A model generated the notes under the pieces. It was not told the DNA's origin. It did no database searches and worked only from the letters and a program-made list of their open reading frames with translations. The translations under genes were made by a program, and so were the position numbers. A stretch of 64,000 nucleotides of DNA, taken from an uncultured Clostridia bacterium (GTDB lineage Bacteria > Bacillota > Clostridia > TANB77 > CAG-508). The stretch spans positions 2,387-66,386 of the forward strand of contig CALXMM010000008.1 in assembly GCA_944389475.1 (NCBI GenBank). The letters are read 5' to 3'. This document shows, piece after piece, positions 38,552-47,417 of the stretch (position 1 is the first letter of the stretch; each line of letters begins with the position of its first letter).

Positions 38552-40540
38552 TTATTTTGACTTCTTCTTTTCTTTCTTAGGTTTTGTCCAAGATATATAA
38601 TCACACTTTTCTGGATTATTTTCGCATATATAAAAAGTTCTTCTATTTTTTGTTTTTCTTATTTGAACCTTTCCTCCACATTTTGGACATGGCTCATCTA
38701 TTGTTTCTATATATGGTTTAGTATTTTTACATTCTGGATACCCAGGACAAGCTAAAAATTTTCCATATCTTCCATATTTTATAACCATCATTCGACCACA
38801 TTTCTCACATTTCACATCAGAGACTTCTTCCTTTAATTCCACATGTTCCAAGTCCTTTTCTACTTTTTCTAATTCTTTTTCGAATGGGCCATAAAATTCA
38901 TTAATCATTTTCTTCCAATTTTCTTTTCCTTCTGCAATTTCATCGAATTCATTTTCTATTTTCGCTGTGAATTCAACATTAATTATGTCTGGAAAATTCT
39001 CTATTAATAACTTATTTACAACTTTACCTAGCTCTGTAGGTACTAATTGCTTACCTTCTTTTTCTATATAATTCCTTGTTAAAATTGTTGTTATTGTTGG
39101 TGAATATGTACTTGGTCTACCAATATCTTTTTCTTCCAAAGCTTTTACCAAACTAGCTTCTGTATACCTTGGTGGTGGCTCTGTAAAACTTTGTTTTGAT
39201 TCTATTTTATCCTTTTTTAATTCTTGGTTAACTTCTAGCATTGGTATCTGACCAATTTCAGTTTCTTTTTCATCAGTTCCTTCCACGTATAAAGTCATAA
39301 ATCCTTTAAATTTAACAGTTTGTCCATTTGCCTTAAAATTATATTCGTTTGCATTAATTGTTACAGCTAAAGTATCAAATATTGCAGATTTCATTTGACT
39401 TGCTAAAAATCTATTATAAATTAATCTATATAACTTATACTGGTCATTTGTTAATGAACTCTTTATTTGTTCAGGAGTTATATCTATATATGTTGGTCTT
39501 ATGGCTTCGTGTGCATCCTGTGCATCTGCATTTGTTTTGTAATATCTATTTTCATAATATTCACTACCATATGTACTCTCAACAACTTCTTTAGCTACCT
39601 TTCTAGCCTCTTCTGAAATTCTTGTAGAATCTGTTCTCATATATGTAATTAAACCAACAGTACCTTTCTCCGGTATTTTTACTCCTTCATAAAGTGTTTG
39701 AGCAACGGACATAGTTTTCCTTAGGCTAAAATTCAATTTTCTAGAAGCTTCTTGTTGCATTGTACTTGTTGTAAAAGGTGGTGCAGGATTTCTTTTTCTT
39801 TCTCCTTTTTTAACCTCTTTTACAATAAATTTTGCACCTTTTATATTTTTTAATATTTCATCAACTTCATCTTTACTATGTATCTCTAGTTTTTTATTAT
39901 TTTTACCAACTAATTTTGCCTCAAAACTTTTTTTACTTTTATTATCTATTAGTTTAGCTATAATATTCCAATATTCTTCCGGTATAAAATTTTCTATTTC
40001 ATTTTCTCTATCAACTATCATCTTAACAGCAACAGATTGAACCCTTCCAGCAGATAGTCCTTTTCTTACCTTTTTCCATAGAAGTGGACTAATTTTGTAT
40101 CCGACAATTCTATCTAATACACGTCTTGCTTGTTGTGCATTCACTAAATTTATATCTATTTTTCTTGGTTCTTTCATTGCCTTTTTAACAGCATTTTTAG
40201 TAATCTCATTAAAAGTTACTCTAGATTTGCTATCTTCTGGAATATCCAATATATGTGCTAAATGCCATGCAATTGCTTCCCCTTCACGATCGGGGTCAGT
40301 TGCAAGATATACTTGCTTTGCTGATTTAGCATCTTTTTTTAATGATTTTATTAAATCACCTTTTCCTCTTATATTAATATATTCTGGTTCAAAATTGTTT
40401 TCTATATTAACCCCCAATTTTGATTTAGGTAAATCTCTAATATGTCCCATTGAAGCAACAACTTTTGTCTTTCCTCCCAGGAACTTTTTAATAGTGTTTG
40501 CTTTGGCTGGTGATTCTACTATTATTAATTTATCTGCCAT
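38552..40540 (-). CDS. topA: DNA topoisomerase I
   Basis: IVESPAKANTI, DPDREGEAI, YMRTDS; three C-terminal CxxC...CxxC Zn ribbons. Confidence 0.95.
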   Translation of the reverse strand: MADKLIIVESPAKANTIKKFLGGKTKVVASMGHIRDLPKSKLGVNIENNFEPEYINIRGKGDLIKSLKKDAKSAKQVYLATDPDREGEAIAWHLAHILDIPEDSKSRVTFNEITKNAVKKAMKEPRKIDINLVNAQQARRVLDRIVGYKISPLLWKKVRKGLSAGRVQSVAVKMIVDRENEIENFIPEEYWNIIAKLIDNKSKKSFEAKLVGKNNKKLEIHSKDEVDEILKNIKGAKFIVKEVKKGERKRNPAPPFTTSTMQQEASRKLNFSLRKTMSVAQTLYEGVKIPEKGTVGLITYMRTDSTRISEEARKVAKEVVESTYGSEYYENRYYKTNADAQDAHEAIRPTYIDITPEQIKSSLTNDQYKLYRLIYNRFLASQMKSAIFDTLAVTINANEYNFKANGQTVKFKGFMTLYVEGTDEKETEIGQIPMLEVNQELKKDKIESKQSFTEPPPRYTEASLVKALEEKDIGRPSTYSPTITTILTRNYIEKEGKQLVPTELGKVVNKLLIENFPDIINVEFTAKIENEFDEIAEGKENWKKMINEFYGPFEKELEKVEKDLEHVELKEEVSDVKCEKCGRMMVIKYGRYGKFLACPGYPECKNTKPYIETIDEPCPKCGGKVQIRKTKNRRTFYICENNPEKCDYISWTKPKKEKKKSK

Positions 40541-40627
40541 TTCATTCTCCTTTTTAGTTATAGATATTTCTATAATCTTTATATCTATAGTATTTTAGTT
40601 CATATATTAGTTTTTTTCAAGTATTTT

Positions 40628-40927
40628 TTAACATTTAGCTAAATCTTGTATTACATCTTTTAAAGAAATAGGTGTCACTTCATTTCTTTTTAGAATACTT
40701 AATATAGAATTTTCGATATTTTCATCATTCGTAAGTTTATCTATTGAAGCTCTTTCTACTTTTACTTCTTCATTTAAATATTCTGTTTTTACTATTTCCA
40801 CACCAAAAATATCATTCTTACTTTTTAAGTCCTTAATCTTATAATATTCCAATTTTATTGGATATAAGATTCCTTCCCTTCTTAATTCATCTTTATTCAT
40901 AAATACTCCCCCAAAAAAAGTTTTCAT
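40628..40927 (-). CDS. Hypothetical 99-aa protein (alternative start 40900)
   Basis: AGGAGGAA, 4 nt, then ATG 40927. A second RBS (GGGGGAG) precedes ATG 40900. No recognisable motif. Confidence 0.6.
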   Translation of the reverse strand: MKTFFGGVFMNKDELRREGILYPIKLEYYKIKDLKSKNDIFGVEIVKTEYLNEEVKVERASIDKLTNDENIENSILSILKRNEVTPISLKDVIQDLAKC

Positions 40928-41060
40928 TTGATTCCTCCTACATATCTTTTGTATTTTCTAGATAATGAAAATTTAATTACATTATCATTTTTCGTATTTA
41001 TTAATATATACTCTTATACTCATCTATGCAAGATAAATCGTTTTCCCTTTTTTGGGCAGT

Positions 41061-41100
41061 TTCGACATCATTACTTCATATTTTAAAATTTATTGTCGAA
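41061..41100. promoter_or_regulatory. Inverted pair of perfect Spo0A-box heptamers (TTCGACA ... TGTCGAA)
   Basis: ttcgaca at 41061-41067 and tgtcgaa at 41094-41100 (plus strand), upstream of a possible TTGCAT-17-TATATT promoter for the 99-aa gene. Confidence 0.4.
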
Positions 41101-41146
41101 ATATATTTTATTGTGTCATAATTTATTAATATCTCAAAATAAATTT

Positions 41147-41173
41147 AACGGATGCTAAATACTGGCATCCGTT
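41147..41173 (-). terminator. Hairpin after module C
   Basis: aacggatgc-(9 nt)-gcatccgtt; the tail is only moderately U-rich on the minus strand. Confidence 0.5.
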
Positions 41174-41179
41174 TTATTC

Positions 41180-41956
41180 TTAAACTGTCATCATTGCTTC
41201 ATATGCTTTGTTAATTTTATTTTTATTATCTTCCATTTGTGCTGCAAATGCAAAAATTTGATTATAAAGTGTTCCAATAGATTTTTCAACTTCACCTTTT
41301 AATTGTACAAGATGTTCCTCCGATGGTTTTAAAACATAGTTCTCAAAATTTTTCTTTCTATTAAATCTTTTAATTAAATTATTAAAGAATTCTAATATTT
41401 TATTTTGTTTCTTTTCTGTAAGATTCAATTTTTCATTTATTTTTATTTTTTCAGAAAAATCACTAATTTGTTCTATACAAGCTTCTAATCTATCATTGCA
41501 TTCAGCTATTATTGTTTCATAATTTAGCTTTTTTTGAATTGAAGCATTAATCTTATTCGTATAATAACGAATTTTTTCTGAGTCATTCCCTTCTAAAGCT
41601 TTTTCAAGATTTTGTTTATTAATACTAATATTTGTTACAACAATAATTTCTGATTGTATTGCTGCAGATAATTCTTTTTGTATATTTACATATCTAGTAC
41701 TACAAACTTCAAATAATTTATCCAATTGTTCCTCATATTGCTCTACCAATTTATCTATTTCAGTTTTATATTTTTCTAGAGAATTATAATAATTAGCTTG
41801 TACATAAAGTCCATCCTTAAACTCTGTTAATCTAATTTCCTTACTATTTGATAATGAATTTTCAAATAAAATTGCTAAATTCATTTGTTTTTGATTTTCT
41901 ATATCTACTAATTCATTTAAGTCTTCTTTAAAGTTTTCTTTTGTAATTGTACTCAC
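41180..41956 (-). CDS. Coiled-coil protein, unknown function (module C, large subunit)
   Basis: 258-aa ORF with heptad-like repeats. Its start overlaps the stop of the upstream 133-aa gene. Confidence 0.75.
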   Translation of the reverse strand: MSTITKENFKEDLNELVDIENQKQMNLAILFENSLSNSKEIRLTEFKDGLYVQANYYNSLEKYKTEIDKLVEQYEEQLDKLFEVCSTRYVNIQKELSAAIQSEIIVVTNISINKQNLEKALEGNDSEKIRYYTNKINASIQKKLNYETIIAECNDRLEACIEQISDFSEKIKINEKLNLTEKKQNKILEFFNNLIKRFNRKKNFENYVLKPSEEHLVQLKGEVEKSIGTLYNQIFAFAAQMEDNKNKINKAYEAMMTV

Positions 41957-42357
41957 TATCTTTCACCATCCTTATTAAATTCTCTATTTCCTACATTTCT
42001 AACACTATGGCTAACTTTGTCCAATTCCGGATTAGCATTTACCCTTTCCATTGTTTCTTTAGTAGCTTGCACTGAATTTCTTACAGTATCCATTGGAGAT
42101 TTTTGTTTGTCCAAAATACATTTATCAATAATTAAATCTTTAATTAACTTTGCTGTTAAAACACATGGTCCAAATAAATATATTGCTCCAACAGTTATTC
42201 CTACTCCAAGTACTTTTTTAAAAGAATCACTTTTTAGGAAATCTCCAATTTCACTTAAAGTATTTTTGCCAATGAATTCTCCGTTTTTTTCAAAGCCTTT
42301 TAAAGAATAATTACCTCCGGTTTTAGCACCTTTTATTGCAACATTTTCTACACTCAT
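41956..42357 (-). CDS. Hypothetical single-pass membrane protein (module C)
   Basis: 133 aa with central TM VLGVGITVGAIYLFGPCVLTA. AGGAGGAAAATATAATG overlaps the stop of the small ORF. Confidence 0.7.
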   Translation of the reverse strand: MSVENVAIKGAKTGGNYSLKGFEKNGEFIGKNTLSEIGDFLKSDSFKKVLGVGITVGAIYLFGPCVLTAKLIKDLIIDKCILDKQKSPMDTVRNSVQATKETMERVNANPELDKVSHSVRNVGNREFNKDGER

Positions 42358-42521
42358 TATATTTTCCTCCTAATACAATCTAAATAATCCGCTATATGAT
42401 TATCTATTCTATCTTGTATCTCTGTTTCTTTTATAGTTAATTTATTAATTTCTTTTCTAATTGCATATGTATCAACCGAATCAATTTCCTGTAATTTTCC
42501 ATTTACAAAAACACCATTCAT
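42357..42521 (-). CDS. Hypothetical 54-aa protein (module C, small subunit)
   Basis: GGAGGTG, 7 nt, then ATG 42521, 16 nt after the murG stop. Translates to MNGVFVNGKLQEIDSVDTYAIRKEINKLTIKETEIQDRIDNHIADYLDCIRRKI*. Confidence 0.55.
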   Translation of the reverse strand: MNGVFVNGKLQEIDSVDTYAIRKEINKLTIKETEIQDRIDNHIADYLDCIRRKI

Positions 42522-42537
42522 TTGGCAGCACCTCCAT

Positions 42538-43659
42538 TTATCTTTTGTATACTAATTTTTCTATTTCATTATATATTTTATCCTCAACATCTTTCATAAC
42601 TATTTTCTTAGCATTTTTACCCATTTGGATTAATTTTTCTTTATCCATAATAGTTTCTTCTATCATCTTATTTAAAGAATCCCCATTTATCTCATTATCA
42701 TGTATGATTTTTGCAGCACCAACATTAACTAAAACTTTTGCATTATATTCTTGATGATTTTCTGCAGCAAATGATAATGGAACAAATATTGCAGGTCTTC
42801 CAGAAATAGAAACTTCTGTAATAGTCATTGCACCACTTCTGCATACAATTAAATTAGCAGCAGCCATTGCTTTTTGCATATCATAAATATATGGCACTAC
42901 TTTTACATCTTCTATATTTTCGATATCGATATTTTTTTCTTTTAATTGTGATTTTATTATATCATATTGACTTTTACCTACTGACCATAAAATTTGATAA
43001 TTTTTATTTAATTTTTTTTCTATAATTTCTTCTAGTGCATTATTAATTGGTCTTGCTCCTTGACTTCCCCCAAATACTAAAATTAAAGTTTTATCTTGCT
43101 TTAATCCATTTTCTTTTAAAAAGGCATTTTTTTCTTCTTGTGAAAATTCTATATCTTTAAATTTTGTAGGAGTACCTGTTAAAACGATATTCTTAGCATT
43201 ATGAATTTTTGCTCTGGCATCTTCAAAACCAATTAATATTGTGTCAACTCTTTTAGCTAATAATTTTACTGTTACACCTGGAAAAGCATTACTCTCGTGA
43301 AGCATTGTAGGTATTTTTTTCTTTGAAGCAGCAAGTAAAACTGGTCCACATATAAATCCACCTGTTCCAATTACAATGTCCGGTTTTTCTTCTTTTAAAA
43401 TTTTCTTTGCTTCTCCATAACCTTTTAATGTTTTAAACATTTTTTTAACATTTTCTATTGATATTTTTCTTTCTATTCCATATGCTTCTATAGTTCTTAA
43501 TTTATATCCTGCTCTTGGAACCAAATCATTTTCTAGTCCTCTTTTAGTTCCAATAAAAACTATTTCGGCATCTTTATTTTCTTCTTTTATTTTATTCGCT
43601 ATTGCAATCCCTGGATTTATATGTCCACCAGTTTGAGATGCTGCAATTACTACTTTCAT
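42538..43659 (-). CDS. murG: UDP-GlcNAc:lipid I GlcNAc transferase MurG
   Basis: ASQTGGHINPGIAIA G-loop; GGSQGA. Confidence 0.95.
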   Translation of the reverse strand: MKVVIAASQTGGHINPGIAIANKIKEENKDAEIVFIGTKRGLENDLVPRAGYKLRTIEAYGIERKISIENVKKMFKTLKGYGEAKKILKEEKPDIVIGTGGFICGPVLLAASKKKIPTMLHESNAFPGVTVKLLAKRVDTILIGFEDARAKIHNAKNIVLTGTPTKFKDIEFSQEEKNAFLKENGLKQDKTLILVFGGSQGARPINNALEEIIEKKLNKNYQILWSVGKSQYDIIKSQLKEKNIDIENIEDVKVVPYIYDMQKAMAAANLIVCRSGAMTITEVSISGRPAIFVPLSFAAENHQEYNAKVLVNVGAAKIIHDNEINGDSLNKMIEETIMDKEKLIQMGKNAKKIVMKDVEDKIYNEIEKLVYKR

Positions 43660-43688
43660 ATTTATTATCCTTTCTTTTTCACACTAAA

Positions 43689-44846
43689 TCATATTTTTGA
43701 ACCTGCTCTTGATATATTAAGTAATACCCCTACGGAACATAATAATATTAACAATGATGTTACACCATAACTAAAGAATGGTAATGGCATTCCTGTTACA
43801 GGCATTGATGATGTTACAACTGCTATATTTATTATTGCTTGTAATCCTATTAAAGAAGTAATTCCTACTGCTACTAAACTTCCAAACATATCCGGAGCTC
43901 TCATTGCAGCTAAAACTCCTCTCCAAATAAATACACCAAACAATGCTATTACTACTGCACAACCTACAAATCCTAATTCTTCTGCTAAAACTGCAAAAAT
44001 AAAATCTGTATGTGGCTCTGATATGTATAAATATTTCTGTTTGCTATTTCCTAATCCAACTCCAAATAAGCCACCTGAACCAATTGCATATAAACTTTGG
44101 ATAACTTGCCATCCATCACCTTGTTTGTCAGCCCATGGATTTAAAAATGATGTTATTCTTGCAATTCTAAATGCTCCTTTACTCGTAAATTTGGCCATCA
44201 AATATAATCCAACGCCACCTAAGGCAGCAATTCCAGTACCAACGGTTCCAAAATATAATGGTCTAACTCCTGCCATAAGCATCATTATTCCTACAACTAA
44301 TACAATTATTATTGTAGCACTTAAGTGGTCTTGAATAAATATTAAAATAAGTATAACTGGCACTAAATATGCAAGCGGTTTTAAAAAACCTGTTTTAAAA
44401 TTTTTTAACTCATCTTTATGGTCTGTCAAATAGCTAGCATAAAATATTATTAACCCTATTTTGGCTAATTCTGAAGGTTGGAATTGAACTCCTAAGTTTA
44501 TCCATCTTTTAGCACCACCTGCTTCTACTCCTATACCTGGAATTAGTACCATCAATAATAAAACTATTGAGACAATATATGCAATTTTATAAAATTTCTT
44601 CCAATATCTATAATCAATCTTGGAAATAAATAACATTGCAATAACGCCAACTACTGCAAATATTGCTTGCTTTCTAAAATATGAATAACTATCATCCCCA
44701 GTTTCTGCAAGAGATGTAGGTGAACTTGCTGAAAGTACCATTATAAGTCCAAGAGATAGTAACAAAATAACAGTTATTAATAAGATAAAATCCAATTGAT
44801 TATTTGCAAATTTTGAAAATCTTCTTACTTTTTTATTTTTAGTCAT
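43689..44846 (-). CDS. ftsW: SEDS-family peptidoglycan polymerase FtsW/SpoVE
   Basis: ~10 TM; QPSELAK and LPFFSYG motifs; dcw position between mraY and murG. Confidence 0.9.
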   Translation of the reverse strand: MTKNKKVRRFSKFANNQLDFILLITVILLLSLGLIMVLSASSPTSLAETGDDSYSYFRKQAIFAVVGVIAMLFISKIDYRYWKKFYKIAYIVSIVLLLMVLIPGIGVEAGGAKRWINLGVQFQPSELAKIGLIIFYASYLTDHKDELKNFKTGFLKPLAYLVPVILILIFIQDHLSATIIIVLVVGIMMLMAGVRPLYFGTVGTGIAALGGVGLYLMAKFTSKGAFRIARITSFLNPWADKQGDGWQVIQSLYAIGSGGLFGVGLGNSKQKYLYISEPHTDFIFAVLAEELGFVGCAVVIALFGVFIWRGVLAAMRAPDMFGSLVAVGITSLIGLQAIINIAVVTSSMPVTGMPLPFFSYGVTSLLILLCSVGVLLNISRAGSKI

Positions 44847-44859
44847 TCTTATCTCCTTT

Positions 44860-45840
44860 TTAGATAATATTTAATCCTACTACACAAAGAATTAATGTAA
44901 TTAGACTAAATACTGTTACAATTTTGTTTTCACTCCAACCAGATAATTCAAAATGATGGTGAATTGGTGTCATTTTGAAAATTCTTTTCCCTGTTTTTTT
45001 ATAATATGTTACTTGAATCATTACAGAAAGTGTTTCGATAACTGGTATTAATGCTATTACAAGTAATAACAAAGGCATTTTTAGCACCAATGCCATTCCG
45101 GCAATTACACCACCTAGCATTAAAGAACCTGTATCCCCCATAAATATTTTAGCAGGATGTAAGTTAAATATTAAAAATGCTAAATTACATCCACAAACTA
45201 TTGCTCCAAATATTATAATTTCTCTTACATTAAATATAACTCCTATAACAGTTAAACAAGCAATTATAATTGTTGTTACACTTGTTGCTAACCCATCTAT
45301 ACCATCTGTTAAATTAACTGCATTTGTAGTAGCTAACATAACTATTATTGCAAATGGTATATAAATCCATACAGGTATATTAACATATGCTTTAATTATA
45401 GGAATATATATATCTGTTCCTATATTTAGCACATTTAATAAATATAAAACAAAACATACTGATATAATTAAAAGCCCCAACATTTTATATGTTGGTTTTA
45501 AGCCTTCAGTATTCTTTAAAACCATCTTTTTAAAATCATCCACAAATCCTACTAATCCAAATCCTATTGTAGCAATTAATAATGGGACCAGTCTTTTAAC
45601 AACATCTATTTGACCATTTTTATAGTAAAAAATCATTACACCCGCACTCAAAATTGTAATTGCTATTATAGATATAATTCCACCCATAGTAGGTGTTCCT
45701 TTTTTAGCTAAATGCGATTTTGGTCCTTCTGTTCTTTCTTGTTGGCTCACTTTAAGTTTTCTTAATATAGGTAACACAATTACACCAAGAATTAGTGCCA
45801 CACCAAAAGATGCCAACAATATTTTTATTTGAAAATTCAT
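44860..45840 (-). CDS. mraY: Phospho-N-acetylmuramoyl-pentapeptide transferase MraY
   Basis: KKGTPTMGG, NAVNLTDGIDGLA, MGDTGS, PIHHHFE. Confidence 0.97.
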   Translation of the reverse strand: MNFQIKILLASFGVALILGVIVLPILRKLKVSQQERTEGPKSHLAKKGTPTMGGIISIIAITILSAGVMIFYYKNGQIDVVKRLVPLLIATIGFGLVGFVDDFKKMVLKNTEGLKPTYKMLGLLIISVCFVLYLLNVLNIGTDIYIPIIKAYVNIPVWIYIPFAIIVMLATTNAVNLTDGIDGLATSVTTIIIACLTVIGVIFNVREIIIFGAIVCGCNLAFLIFNLHPAKIFMGDTGSLMLGGVIAGMALVLKMPLLLLVIALIPVIETLSVMIQVTYYKKTGKRIFKMTPIHHHFELSGWSENKIVTVFSLITLILCVVGLNII

Positions 45841-45853
45841 TTATTTCTCACCC

Positions 45854-47362
45854 TTACTTTTTCTTTTTTGTACTTTTACTATCTTGTTTCTTCTTAAGCT
45901 CATCTGTAATTTCTAGAACTATTTTTCTCTCATTAAATTCTAATTTCTTACCCTTTATTTCTTGGTACATTTCGTGTCCTTTTCCTGCTATTACAACAAT
46001 ATCCAATTTGTTTGCCATTTCTATTGCAGCTTTTATAGCTTCTTTTCTATCTTCTATAACTTTATAACTTGCTTTTGTTTTCTTTATTCCTGCTTCTATT
46101 TCTTTTATAATTTCCATTGGCTCTTCATCCCTTGGATTATCTGATGTAATAATTGTAAAGTCACTTATTCTACCAGAAATTTCTCCCATTAATGGCCTCT
46201 TATTCTTATCCCTATTTCCGCCACAACCAAATACACAAATAACTCTTCCTCTTGTATATGATTTTACAGCATTTAAAATGCTCTCCAAACTTTCTGGTGA
46301 ATGAGCATAATCTATCATAATAGGAATCTCTAATTTATTATCTACCATTTCTGATCTTCCAGGAACTCTAACTTCTAATAAGCCCTCTTTTATCATATCT
46401 GCATTACATCCAAATTGTAAAGCAACTGCAATTGCTGCTAATGCATTATATACAGTAAATCTTCCTGGAATACAAGCTTTTACTCTTTCATTTCTATCTC
46501 CTAGTTTTACTCTAAAATCAACATATGAATTTGTAATAGTAATATCTTTTGCTAAAATTTTAGAATAATTATCTATTCCATATGTTACATATTCAGGTTC
46601 TGGTACTAATTTTGGAAGTTTTATTGAATAAATATCATCAGCATTTATATATGCTTTTTTACACATAGTAAATAGTTTGCATTTTGTCTCAAAATACTCT
46701 TGTATACTAGCATGTTCTTTTTCACTAATATGCTCTTCTGATAAATTTGTAAATATTCCTATATTAAAATCTGAACCATATACTCTATTTAATTTTAAAC
46801 TTTGTGATGAAACTTCCATAACAACTACATCACATTTTTTCTCAGCCATTTTTGCAAAAATTTCTTGTAATTCCAAACTCTCTGGAGTTGTTCTTTCACT
46901 ATCACCCAAATCTTCTGAGCCTATATAATTGTGTATAGTTCCTATTAAACCTACTTTTAGTCCTTTTTTCTCTAAAATAGATTTTATCATATATGTAGTT
47001 GTAGTTTTTCCCTTAGTTCCTGTTACACCAATTAATTGAAACTTTCTTGATGGATTATCGTAATAATTGCATGCAATTTGTGCCATTGCAATTCTAGCAT
47101 TTGGAACCACAAGCAAAGTTGTATCATCATTTATCTTTAACTGTTTTAAATCTGTACCTTCTTCTACTAAAACAGCTTTTGCACCTTTTTCTACTGCTTC
47201 TCCTACATAATCTGCTCCATCTTTCTCATAACCTTTTATAGAAATAAATAAATCTCCATTTTCAATTTTTCTCGAATCATTTTTAACAGAATTTATTTCT
47301 ATATCAATATTTCCTTTTGCCTTTATTCCATCTATGCCTACTAATATATTTTTAAGGTTCAT
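45854..47362 (-). CDS. murE: UDP-MurNAc-tripeptide synthetase MurE (DNPR motif, meso-DAP type)
   Basis: GVTGTKGKTTT and TSDNPRDEEP. ATG 47362 follows GGAGGT. Confidence 0.93.
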   Translation of the reverse strand: MNLKNILVGIDGIKAKGNIDIEINSVKNDSRKIENGDLFISIKGYEKDGADYVGEAVEKGAKAVLVEEGTDLKQLKINDDTTLLVVPNARIAMAQIACNYYDNPSRKFQLIGVTGTKGKTTTTYMIKSILEKKGLKVGLIGTIHNYIGSEDLGDSERTTPESLELQEIFAKMAEKKCDVVVMEVSSQSLKLNRVYGSDFNIGIFTNLSEEHISEKEHASIQEYFETKCKLFTMCKKAYINADDIYSIKLPKLVPEPEYVTYGIDNYSKILAKDITITNSYVDFRVKLGDRNERVKACIPGRFTVYNALAAIAVALQFGCNADMIKEGLLEVRVPGRSEMVDNKLEIPIMIDYAHSPESLESILNAVKSYTRGRVICVFGCGGNRDKNKRPLMGEISGRISDFTIITSDNPRDEEPMEIIKEIEAGIKKTKASYKVIEDRKEAIKAAIEMANKLDIVVIAGKGHEMYQEIKGKKLEFNERKIVLEITDELKKKQDSKSTKKKK

Positions 47363-47417
47363 AAAGTTTACCTCCATTTTTATACAATTTTACGCATACA
47401 TTATATAGCAAGTATTT

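Noticed and set aside
43771-43962. 63-aa minus-strand ORF inside ftsW in another frame
   Set aside because: Fully nested in the conserved SEDS gene, with no RBS and an implausible Cys/Ser/Asn-rich sequence.
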